Source of the DNA: Epiperipatus broadwayi
Taxonomy: Eukaryota > Animalia > Onychophora
Reading direction: 5' to 3'
Assembly (NCBI GenBank): GCA_028023455.1
Contig: JAQFVV010000003.1
Location: 2,976,001 to 3,040,000, forward strand
Length of the DNA: 64,000 nucleotides
A model generated the notes under the pieces. That model worked only from the letters and a program-made list of their open reading frames with translations, ran no database searches and was not told the origin of the DNA. Below are positions 12,592-24,799 of this stretch, one piece after another. The translations under genes were made by a program, and so were the position numbers. How positions within the stretch are numbered: position 1 is the stretch's first letter; every line of letters begins with the position of its first letter.

Positions 12592-13751
12592 TCGAAACTA
12601 TCAATAGTGTGTTGTAAAAAAGCATTGTAAAAAGTAATAAAGAACATAGATGATATTAAGTCAATAAACTTTTCTTTATCAATTGGAATCCTTCTACTTA
12701 AACAAATTATTAGTTTTAATCTGATATCTATTACATATTCTAGCCATAATAAATCACAAAAGTTAAACTACATATTTGCGTTTGTGATAATAAATTACAC
12801 ATACAATTTAAAATCTATATGATTTGTAAAAATGTACATCATAAGCTTGCATCTTACTTTGATTCAATTTAGTAAAAAAAATCTTCATGATATTAAATTT
12901 TATACCCTTTATCTGGGACAATCAAATCAAATAACAAACAATATAAAAGACATCTTAAATCAGGTGATTATTTAGATGGAAATACAAATTTTAAAATAGA
13001 TGAGTCCTTGTCTATTGCCCTTTTTAAGATATATATATATATATCTGTGGCTAGCATTAATGAAACAACTATTATGTATCTCTAGATGCAGGTAGTTTGT
13101 CTTTCATTTTGGAAGATATTCATCTTGCTATAAATTGCCTTGTTGAAATGTTCTATTAGTATCAATGCATATAAATAAATATTATCAAATGATGAAACAT
13201 AATTTTGAAATGACTATTCTATTGGTAAGCACATATAAATAAATATAAGTAAATAGCAACACGTAATTTGGAAATCATCCTAATAATTATATAATTACTT
13301 AAATGATATTTTATATAAAGGCATTTAGAACATGAAAATTTTTAATTAATTATTATTGAGATTAGCTTCAATGTTTGCTGGATATGTTCAAGCTTTCATT
13401 TTTATTTATTTTAATTGTATTATAAAACACATTGAGATATTTGCATTTCTATCCATTCTAAAAATGTTCTCTTAGTTTATATAAAGGCAAGAACTATATT
13501 CTTGACTACTTATATCACATACAAATAAAAGGGTTGAAGATTCTAACATATCTTAACAATTTAAATTGAATTAGTCATTATAATAATAAATCATATTTAA
13601 TAAATGTTAATAACAATTTAATGAAGAAATTTTATAACAAACTTTGACAAATAATAATGAGTAATCAATTTTTAATTACTTTAAATGGTTCATGGAGTTT
13701 GAATGATTATTCCTCAGTCTTAAGCTATTAATGCTAAGAGATTATGTATAA

Positions 13752-14857
13752 CGGGCAGAGTCAAACTGTGGCTCATGATCCACATGCATTTGTCTACATG
13801 CTCCAATGCAGCTCATAAAACTTTTAAAATCAAATGATATATTTTATATTAGCATGATGTATTTGCATTTTATTTTGCAAACATATATTCTTTGTCCTTT
13901 TTGTCATGGCAAATTTATGATTATTCATGACTTTAATATTGTCAACTTCTAAGGTTTTATTGTTAATGTTTCCTTGAAATATAATATAATGTTCAAACTC
14001 TTGGAAATATAATATAATATTCAAACTCATTGGTTCTGTTTTTATTTAACCTTCATTGCATGATGTTGTTATTCTTTGTAATTCAAATATTGTCAATTAT
14101 GTTCTACTTTGACTTTTAAACATCAACTTCCACCACTTTAATCAAACAATACAGGTAATTATTTTTCATTTATATCAGAAAAATAAGGAATCCTTGTCAT
14201 TAAACTTATATACAAGTAACAAGCATAGTTTACTTAATTAGCTTTTAGATATAAAAACTTGGAATATTTTATTTAGATTTTTGAAAACATGGCTTCAACA
14301 AACAAAAAGTGAAGATTCAACCAGAAAACTCATGACTGAATCTAAGTATTCACATTTTTAAAAAAGCTGCTTGTAAACTAATTTCAATTTGTGGGATAAT
14401 ATATTATTTTTTCTTTTTTTTTTTCATATGTCAAATGTGTTGACTGGGAAGTGAACCCAGACCAGCTGCTTGGATGGCAGCTATGCTAACTACTAGGCCA
14501 CCAACACTTGATGGAATAATATATTCTTTTGGATCTTTATACTCAACAATGAAATTTATAAGATCAAAATATCAAGCACAACTGATGAATGAATGTTGCA
14601 TGCTTCATTAACAAATTATATGCAAAATTTTAATGTTCTTGCCAATCAGTACATTCATATGTTAATGATAATTTTTTATTAATTTTGTTCTCTTGATTTT
14701 TTTGTATAATTAATAAATCATATTAATAAAAAAAATTATAAATTAAATATTAGCTTCTGTTGAAAATTTCAAATAATTAATTCCAGTTCTTGAATATATC
14801 TCAATACAGTGTATTTTAACATGTGGCTCTCACAGACTTGAAATTTGACAACCCGTG
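13752..14857. mobile_element. Older hAT-type MITE
   Basis: 8-bp direct repeat ATGTATAA at 13744-13751 and 14858-14865. Degenerate TIRs (..GTCAAAC / TTTGACAACCCGTG). Subterminal CCACATG / CATGTGGC motifs like the 9644 element. Confidence 0.6.
14406..14513 (-). mobile_element. tRNA-Gly(TCC)-derived SINE nested in the MITE
   Basis: 14507-14436 reads GTGTTGG..GCTGC-CATCCAA-GCAGC..CTGGG-TTCACTT-CCCAG-TCAACAC. It is followed by a GACATATG + poly(A) tail shared with other copies. Flanking ATAATATATT direct repeat. Confidence 0.8.
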
Positions 14858-17021
14858 ATGTATAAGATTATCATTCTATTCGACAACAAAAAATTAGGCC
14901 AATCTGAAATAAGTTTAAAATATTAAATTCTACATTTTAAAGATATATCTAGCACAAGTTTATATAATAATCTTTTGTAAATAATAATTTAAAGAAGAAA
15001 AAAAATTATATATTGTTCAGCCCTAAAAATAGTACTCAAGAGTTAACAATGTTTACCCTTATTTAATGATAAAGTTAAAGTCAATACAATATGTATAAAT
15101 ATAAGAAATTTAAATAAATATTTTATTTGTGATTAACTTAAAATTATTTATTATTGAGTAAATAAATCATTAAATTTTATTTTATTTTAAATTCCTTGTT
15201 AATAAGTTTTTATAAAATGGTTTAGATTGAAATATTTTTATCTTGTAGCATGAGCACACATAAAATACATTTATGCATATATTTTTTTTATTCACTGGCT
15301 TATGTATTGTATAATTTGTTCAATATCCTGAAAATATTTTCCTTTGATATTTGATTTTATCTAAATGAATCGTGATATAAATAAAAACATTTTAACCATT
15401 TATTCTCAATTTTCCAAATGCATTTCTCTTACTTTAAATATCAAATATTAATACTTTAACTTATTTTAAACTTTGGAATGTTTTAAGTGTGATTGAGTTA
15501 AACTGTGGTCATGAAATGGCAGAGATACCTGATCATTTCAATACAAATAAGAGTTCAGAAAACTACAATATTTTTTTATTAGTTACCCAAGGTGATTCAC
15601 AAAATGTTAATTACGTAAACTGAACTACGATCAAAATTGATTCATCTTATCAAACAAGGCAAAACTCTCCATACATAATAATTATTATGTGCTAGTATAA
15701 GAGATGGTGATCATGTGATGATTCATCTTACTGAAGTTTCATTAGTTATTAATGATAATGTTCATTAAAAATCAGATAAACAAATTAGAACCAATAAAAT
15801 TTGCTCTCTTTATCACTAATGCATGGGACATAGAATCTCATTCGTTACATTTTTGAAGAACACTTGTTGCAAACAATGCAACATTATTCATATAAGCAAT
15901 GAGCATGAAAAGTGCTACTGTTCTTTAGGAAGTGCTGCCATCAATTTTCTCATTGTGTACCCAGTCATATAGGCATCAAATTGTTGAACACAAAATGGTA
16001 ATACAAATACACTGATTTCACTAATTAATTGGCTTTCTACTTGGTGTGACATATCCTTTATCAAAAGAAAATCAAGTAATCAGGCATTAATCTATTTCTT
16101 ATGCCATCTAATAACCATGACAACTCCTATATGGAAAAGACTATCACTGATCCAGAAGTTTGGCAAAGAATTCTCATTATATTGCTATTTATGGACCATT
16201 GACAATTCATTATGATCCAAAAAAAAAAAACACACAAATAGATAGAAACTGTTTGAATGGCTAATTGTATTGTTATTTATTACCTCTCATCTGGTTAGTT
16301 ATGCTGAAAGAAAATAAAATAAATAAGTATTGAATTACAAAACTTATGCTTTTTCAAAGTAAAACTAGCTATTCCAGAAATAATCCATTTTAGCTGTATC
16401 TAATAGTTAGTGGTTACATGCTACTATATACTCCAGAGAGAGGATAGTGGTTATCGCTATCTAGTGCCCATTAAATGCGAAATAAAAGACTCAAATATAA
16501 ACATTAATGGAATCATTTTGGAGTCTTAGTCACACTAAGAAACAGTAATTAAAAGAGTCATCTTAATTTTCATAAATTCCTATATTATAAAAAATTTAAA
16601 AAATCAATGGAACTACAAAACTTGCAATAACTCGAAAAAATATCACATGATACCAGAAGTTATTTCCATTCCCATTCAGATAAAAAGTAGATCATTACAA
16701 TTTAATCTATAAGTGTATAATTGTTGCATAATATAATGGTGGTTAATCTTCTTTTGGATAAATATAATCAACATTATTAACATCTATTTACTAAGCTTCA
16801 GATTGATGATCAGGATCAACTGGAAACTATAAATGTATCTTGAAATATTATTTGGCCTTTTTTTATGTCTATATATATATATATATATCTGTTAAAGAAA
16901 AACAATGTTGAAAGTAAATTTTCAAATATATAATGAGTAACTGAATGTATTGGGTAGGTACATTTAGGACATAAAACATCATATACAGATTTGAAAAGGG
17001 AAAAAAAACATTAGTTCAGGA

Positions 17022-17676
17022 GTAAATATTAATTCTTATTAAGTGCAATGTCAGCACGTAATACTTAAATAAGGCTAAAACCTTAGTACATGTGCCTTGA
17101 GTGTTTAATTTATTACAAGAGAGACCTATGCAAATCTAAACGTAAGATTTGACTTTATAAAGATAAGAGTGGCCACAGTCTTATCTTCAACCTATTTTTC
17201 TATATATATATATAGGCAAATCTAAAGCATTATGATTTGGGAGCGTGAAGCTAATAAATTCTTCACAAATTAAGTCCACTATTTCTGTTATAAACATTAA
17301 TGATCACGAAATCTTTCAATTTACGAGTTAATAGTCAGATCTTAAATTTAGAAATATTTTGAATCAATTTAAAGTTGTAAATATTAATTCTTATTAAGCA
17401 CAATGCCAGCATGTTTTAAATTGAAAGATTTCATGGTCATTAATGTTTAAGAGAAATGGTGGACTTAATCTGTGAAGAACTTATTAGCTTCACGCTCCCA
17501 AATCATAATGCTTTAGATTTGCCTATATATAGAGAGAGAAATAGGTTGAAGATAAGAATGTGGCCACTCTAATTTTATAAAGTCGAATCTTGCATTTAGA
17601 TTTGTAGAAGTCTCTCTTGTAATAAATTAAGCACTCAAGGTGCATGCACTAAGGTTTTAGCCTTATTTAAGTATTA
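17022..17676. repeat. Large inverted duplication (~260-bp arms), each arm preceded by a ~38-bp direct repeat
   Basis: Arms 17059-17323 and 17417-17676 are reverse complements (~90% by eye). GTAAATATTAATTCTTATTAAG..CAATG.CAGCA.GT at ~17022 and ~17377. Confidence 0.9.
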
Positions 17677-18429
17677 ATTCAGAAGATGACTTTTTGAATT
17701 TGCCTGAGATCTATGATTCATAACCAGTGCAAGAATCAGATTTTGTCTTTACATTCTATAGATATTTCACTTGCAGAAGTTATTAATATTTAATAAATCA
17801 TAAATGTTTGTATATTCCTATGTAGTAGCATAACTTCAACTTTGCAATCTGAAGATTGAATATGAAATAATAATATCAAGAGTAAATTATGACTGACTTA
17901 CAATTAAATAAACAATTAATTCATATTAGCAAATTAATTTTTATCAAACTATTCATATTATAAATTTAATAAAATCTCCAAGATTTAAAGAACCTAGAGT
18001 TTTAAGTAATTTGAGTATGAACGTACACATGGTTAGCTTTTTGTGCACTATTTTGATAAAAAGTTTTACTAAAAGCTACATTTCTCCACAGAAGCTCAAG
18101 CTCACCAAATACAAATAGATTTTATTAACAATAATTTTATATTTAACTGTTTTAGAAAAACCTATACTAAAATAACTTACCACTCCTGAATTTTTATAAT
18201 TCTTTTTACTTCGGCTCTTTTTAGGATTTATTAACTAAAAAAAAAAACAATTATAATAAAAATATAAAATATTTGTATTTTTAATTATATTTATCTTATT
18301 AATTAAAAATATACATATAAAGAGAAATAGAAAGCCTATATATGTAAACATGCTTGTATTATTCTTCATCACAATATATATTGACAGTGCTTTATGATAG
18401 TGATTTTATGATCATGAATATAGACAATA

Positions 18430-18800
18430 AATTTCTGAGTACCCATAGCACAATCACATTCAAAACATTATTATACATTATCCAATTTTTGGAACAGTTT
18501 ATATCTGAAAATCATCAATAAAAATCTAAATCAGATTGCCTCAAGTGTCATAATTTGAAACAACAATATTATGACATTATATTGGTGCAATCATTAGTCT
18601 AAATGGCAGCATCACAGTTGAGAACTATTTGAATATTTCAGAAAGTCATATTTATCTCATGGTGCAAACACTGTCATCTTCTATAATGATAGTACTCCAA
18701 TTCATACAACTCAAGATTTGCAGAGCATATTGGATGAGAAAAACATATCTTTCATAGCCTTCCTATTTATACAATTTAAATCTTATTAAAGTAAAATATT
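18430..18800 (+). pseudogene. Highly decayed Tc1/mariner-like transposase fragment
   Basis: Frameshifted translation GTVYI...IGAIISLNGSITVENYLNI...MVQTL / FYNDSTPIHT..LQSILDE resembles Tc1 GRVYVW...LGPIITLNG.IT...Y..IL...PMVQTL...FQDDNAPIHT. Confidence 0.5.
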
Positions 18801-19109
18801 GATTTCCTCTATCAATATCTCAAAGTAATGGAGCTTTCCTTTGTAAGAAATGAATCAATATTCCATTAAATACTATTCCAATCTTATATAATTTTATCCT
18901 ATAAATAATACAAGCAATTCTCAATACAGAAGTTGCTCTACAACACACTAATAAAGCTATCACACATGTTCCTTTTATTATGATTTTCTAATGTGTGTAT
19001 GTTTGTGCTAACATAAATACTTTCTTTTGTAAAAAAAATGACCAATATTATTTTGGGTTTTCCCACAAACAAGGATAATCAAAAGACTATTTATATGGTG
19101 AGAGATCAG

Positions 19110-22090
19110 CAGAAAGATTGTAATTAGATATTGGAGTACTTCTATCATCTAATATTAATCATTAAATGTATTTTTAAAAAAATCAAACTTTATTTTAAAT
19201 TTTCAGATGCATTTAACTGTTAGAAATAGTACACGTATTAGTATTTAGCAAAAGTGAGTGATATTATTCTCTTCTTCAATTGTTTCTGGCCTGATCAGTT
19301 ACAGTATTTCCATGATAATAAGAATCTGGAATGTTTAGTTTCATGAATATTCAATATAAGGTGACATTCTAACCAACTAGACTATTATGTCACATATAAC
19401 AATCTGGCGAAATTTCATGTAATTATCTATAAGTTCTCTTGATTTCTTCCCTTTTTTTAACATCAAGACTGCTGAATGGCTTCCAAACATTATGAATTAT
19501 CACACTATATTGATTTAAGGGTTGTCTACATTTTGTTTCCTTGAATTTTCTTATTTATACTTTTTTCTTTCTCCACAATATTTTTCTTTTCCCAATTGAA
19601 CATATGTTCATTGGTACATTCATGGTCTGCTACTTTAGATATATCTATTTTCTAATCATCAGTTTGCGCTCTTTCAATCACTTTTCAATGGAGTAACTTT
19701 CACATTCACATGGTATTTCATAGGTGTGGTTTTGTTTTTCAGTATTTCAAGTTTAGGTTTTGTAGATGGGAGAATTCCCCATAGTGTGATATGGCTTGGG
19801 AAAGCAGTTCTGATATTATATTGAGGGCAGATTTTTTGTTTGTCTGATATTCCTGCTATGCATGATTACACTACCGTACCAAAAATTGTTTTTTTTTTCT
19901 TTTGATATTTCTTTTTGTTATCTATTTAAGGTTGTCTTACTGGCAACTGATAGACAATTATTCTTCATGAGAGTTTTATTTTTTTCCAAATCACTGGTTT
20001 CTGAATAAACTTATTTTGCTCGTTTCTACAATTATCCACATTTTATGTTACTGCCACGATTAGATATATATGCTAAATATTTTTGTGTGTGAATTTTCTG
20101 TAATCTATAATTTTGATTTTGTCATGGGGAAGTCTTGTCCCAAAAATGTCTCAGAAAGCTAATTTTTGTTTTTGTTCTGATTTTACTCAGAATTTAATTG
20201 AAGGCAATATGTTATTAATGTGTGTCCATACAATAAATATGTCATTAGCATTGTAACATCAGACTTTAAGTGGATATGGAATAGTATTATAGCTTTGGTT
20301 TTAAGTTCTATGTAAATGTTGTTAATTAGGGGTGACAGTGATGAACCCATAGAAATCTGTTGATTTTCTGGAAATAATTATGTGTTGTATTGAAAGTATG
20401 TTGGTTGTTATGCAGAATGTTAAGAGTTTCATTATATTAACAATAGGAAAATTTATTACCCTTTTCATTCTTGTTTGCAATAAATTATCCCAAATGTTTC
20501 TAATGTTGGCTTAAAAAAAAAAAGGTTTATTATATGTATTCATTTTTATTAAATATAGCTGAATGTGCTTTCAGTTTAGAAAACCAGGTTTATAGCACTC
20601 GTGGATAGACTGGGTATGCTGCAATATTTATTGATCAAGTATTAATTATTTAAATTAGCTATTTAAACATTTCACTTGTTTAAGAATTTGATACTGTTTT
20701 CATTTTTGTTAATGATACCAAGTTGTTCTAGCTTTTTAAGCTATTTTTGTCTTTAATCTTTTCTTTACAATTCACGATGTTTCATCACAGGGTATGTTGC
20801 GAATAAGTTTCCACATCAAAGCTTACTAATATGTCAGTTCTTTCCATTTTCATGTTTCCAATCAATTCCACAGTACTTAGAATCTCTGGTAAAAGCTATA
20901 TCTTGTGTGCCAAAAGTTAAAGAACCTTGAGAAGAAATCTTAGCAAATTTTGATGATGAATTTCTAGAATTAATAGTGTTAATAAACCTGATTCTTATAA
21001 TTTTAAGTAGATCATAAGAATGAAGGAGGGGAAGGTTCTAACATATATGGTAATTAACTTTTTTTTAATTAGTTAAATGTTTGCAAAGCTTTCTGAGTAA
21101 TGCTGTAACTTTGTTTTTGTACCTGATATAGAATGTTTTCTCACTTCTTTTTTGCCTTGGCCTGTTGTAAGGAGATTTCTTATTTGTTATTGTAAATATC
21201 TATTGCAACTGTAGCTTTGTCTTTGTTAGAATAAAGAATGATTTTGGATTTGTCTAATTGAAAGATTTAATAGCTTTTCTCTTATCATAAAAGTATTTTG
21301 ATTTGGGTTTTGGTGTCTCACAAGTATTCTTTTTATTCTTTAGTGTAATTCTGCTGGACAATTTTTGGATAACTTTCTCAGTTTTCACCATTGTATAAAA
21401 TAAAGAGATATTAGATAATATGATAGCAAATTGCTAACAGGCATTTCAGTATTTCATTAGGAGCTTAGGATTAAGATTTTTAATTGATGAATCTGATAGG
21501 CTGTTTAGTATAGATGACTTTTGATATGCTCTCATAAATTTATAAGTTTCTTTCTTTTGACATTATCTTATTTTTTCATGCAATTTAGAATATAATTTTT
21601 TTACTAGCTTGAAAAACACATGCAATCTTCATCAAAAAGTTCATTTTTTAGTAAATGTTCTATATTACAAATAGAATGCAAGGTTTGATATTTAAAAAAA
21701 CCTTTTATTTTAACAAAGACTCACTCTCTGGAAAATTTTCTCAACTCTGTTAAAGTGAATTGGAGGTTTTAGTTGTAACCCACCCATTTAGATTTACATA
21801 GGAAAGTTAATTTATTTTTTACTTTGATCAGTTTTAGACAAAGTTTTTTATAATGTCTTAAGTTTGATATATACTGAATACTTAGTGATTGTCTGAAAGT
21901 TTGTAATTATTGTATTTTATTTGTAATTATACATTGAACTATTTTTAACATGTAATATTAATTGCTAAATGTTTTTAGAAAGTTTTAATTTTTCTGAAAA
22001 CATTTAACAATTAATATCTGATGACAGTATAAGTTCAATATATAATTACAACTACAGTATTATCATCACAAACTTCAATAGCCAGATGCT
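19110..22090 (-). mobile_element. Penelope-like element copy 2, near full length: 3' pLTR plus tail, body, 5' end with inverted pLTR piece
   Basis: 19500-21400 is collinear with copy 1 (e.g. CCCAATTGAACATATGTTCA..GGT). ORF start ~21951 M..IVQ...LRHYKKLCLKLIKVKNKLTFL. 19110-19450 matches the pLTR. 21990-22085 is an inverted copy of 21880-21985. Confidence 0.85.
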
Positions 22091-22272
22091 TCTGATTATT
22101 ATTGTGACCAGACATGAAATATTTCAATAACATCTTAGTTATTGAAATATCTTATTAATAGTCATATAAATGATCAGAACCATTAAATATATAGATTTTT
22201 TGTTACATAAACATTTTTTTTTATCTTTTTTACACATTGGAAGATTCTCCTTGGAAATATTTGACAAGTATC

Positions 22273-22538
22273 CTTATGGAAATAATACAATTTTCTTTTT
22301 CTTCCTCCTTTCCTTATGTACTGATTTCTATATTTCCAATCTTCTTATACATTTAACAATACTATTTTTTGCACCAAAAATTTACTCTTATAGTTTTGAA
22401 ACTGTAAGAGTAAAATTTTGGTTCAAAAAATAGTATTGTTAAGTGTATAAGAAGGTTGGAAATGATATGATATATAAATATAGAAATCAATACATAAGGA
22501 AAGGAGGAAGAAGAAGAAAATCATATTACTTCCATAAG
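22273..22538. repeat. Near-perfect 266-bp fold-back palindrome
   Basis: Left arm 22273-~22396 is the reverse complement of right arm ~22399-22538. About 10 mismatches (mostly transitions), one ~16-nt indel, almost no loop. Confidence 0.95.
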
Positions 22539-22660
22539 AAATGAAAAATACTGAAGATCAAGAATATAAGAGTTGGTTTTTGAAAATAGGATTATAAAGA
22601 TCTCTGGTGATGACTGCAGTTAAAACTATAAGTGTTGCTAAGTGGATAAAAAGGTTGATG

Positions 22661-22826
22661 CAGTGGTACCCAAGCCATAAGGAAAGCAATCCCTGCAGAC
22701 CCACACAGTCCAGGGACCCATAAATTTGAAAATCAAGGCAATTAAAATATATTTACATGAAAGCAATTATTAACTATATCTTATTAATTTCTGCATTCGC
22801 ACCCAATTTTTCTAGTTACACCACTG
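22661..22826. mobile_element. Possible short degenerate TIR element (hAT-like)
   Basis: CAGTGGT...ACCACTG termini; flanks GGTTGATG / TTTTGATG (6 of 8 match). Confidence 0.4.
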
Positions 22827-24799
22827 TTTTGATGAAATCATAAATGCACTAAAGTCTTTCTTTACCACATTTTGCAAACACATTTTTAAAATTTCAATTT
22901 TCTCATCTTTTGATTTCTATTAGTCTTTTTACAGATTTAATGAAAATGTTGTAAGTATTTATCATTAAAAAAATAGTTTGTGGGATACGGTCTTAACATC
23001 TGGAAAGTCATTGCTAAAAAATGATAATCAATTTCCATTAAATGATGCATAGAAATAAATTTTTGTACAATTTAACATTTTGCAAGTTCATAGCTCCATT
23101 CTCTTAATAATTATTTTCTTTGTTTCTGTGGTCAACATTAGTAGTCATGTATTCCAGCTAGATAAATTTTATTTTTAGACTGTAATATGTGCAATAACTG
23201 TTATTTCAATTGAATTTCTTTAATCTTCCACAAATAATTGCAGTCAATTTTTGATCATCATTTCACAATAATTTATCAATATTATAAAAATTGTCAATAA
23301 ACTGTTGCAGATAATAAAGAGCCTCAATATTACAGTTCATTTATGTATTTTTTAAAAACAAATAAAAGTATTGGTTTTCTGAGTAACTTAATAAGAATTC
23401 TCAAAATAGTAGTTATTATATTCAAAAATTAATTTAAAAAACTAACTTTTAAATAAGTTATAAAATCATAAAAATTTATTGAACTATAAAATTTACCTAT
23501 AAATTTCAAATGATTTTTATTAATTAAAAAAATGAAGAAATCCTGCAATATATCATTATCTAACTTATTTTATAACAAACAGAAAACTAAAATCAGAAAA
23601 ACAAGTCAAAATTTTCACTGAAAAACCCAAAAACTTTCACCTTATACACATTTTTTTATAACTGTCAAAATTCTTTACTAATATATAGACACACACATTA
23701 TGCATTATAAAAATTGATAAGAGCAGTTGTTATTCATATTTAAATATATAATATATAAAGATATGTACAATTATATAACACATATAAGATGTACTTAGAT
23801 ATTCCCTAAGAAGAGAAAACTGAATTATTATTAGAAATCTCTTATTTTAGTCAACAATTAAAAAATAAAAAGATGTCACTTATCAAATGCCATCTCTCAT
23901 AATTTAATTGTAACCAGATTTCTATATAAATATGAAAATAATATTTTTATTTTGAGATGTGAAAGACGTTTTATTCACATTGTTTCTTCGAAATGGCGAA
24001 TCTGCAGTAATATCAATTTTTTATTCATACCCTAACAACAATCAGGCATACTAACATTTAATGAAAAAGGAAATTTTAATTCTTAGCTGACTAGAATTGT
24101 TTTGTTACAAAGTAGAGTGCTTACAATAATTATATAAGCAAAAATCTTGCACATGAGTATAAAAACTCTATTAATATTGAAATTATGAGTGATATAGATT
24201 AGAACCTAGCATAGGCTTTTGAGTTCATGTTTAATTTTAAACTATTTGATAATGACTGAAAGGAAAAACTTCCGAATTTAATTCACTTTTATTCCATAAA
24301 TGGTACTTACTACAATTTATATTATAATGCTTTATATCACTTTATATAAATAAGATCATTTCATAAATAAAACTCAAATCATATGTAACTTGTGGAAACA
24401 CAAAAATTTTAATAATAAAAAATAAGGTAATCACAAAGGTACTTTTTGCTTTAAAAAATATATATACATAATAAGTTCCAAATAATCTATATAACAAATT
24501 TTGCATAAATTACTGCCAAGCATTGCCTAAAATCTTAATGTAAGCTGACACTCCCAAGATAGGCTATGAATATGGAGACCTAAGTTAAAGCGCTAAACCA
24601 TATAATTCTTTTTCTAATAATACTGAACTTCACTTTTTGCGTAAAGCGCAATTTAAACCATAACAAATGTTTGTACTTTGGAGTCTGTACCTCTGAAATC
24701 AAGAGTGAAATTTAATTGCAAATAGATGACAATAATAACCAGAATATAGTGAATAAATGTATTATGAAAATAAATAAACAGAATCTACAAAAATTATAA

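Larger units (their letters stand above)
9480..12600 (-). mobile_element. Penelope-like element copy 1 (5'-truncated; 3' pLTR plus tail interrupted by a hAT MITE)
   Basis: RT fragments FYGLPKIHK...PLRLIVSS and WYVDDTFVVW, then GIY-YIG CIYEIPCECGRTYIGETS...SKIADH. Downstream non-coding segment is homologous to 19110-19450 and 44950-45260. Confidence 0.9.

Noticed and set aside
15880-16210. Possible mariner-like relic (FWISD.. on the minus strand)
   Set aside because: Similarity is too weak to call by eye.
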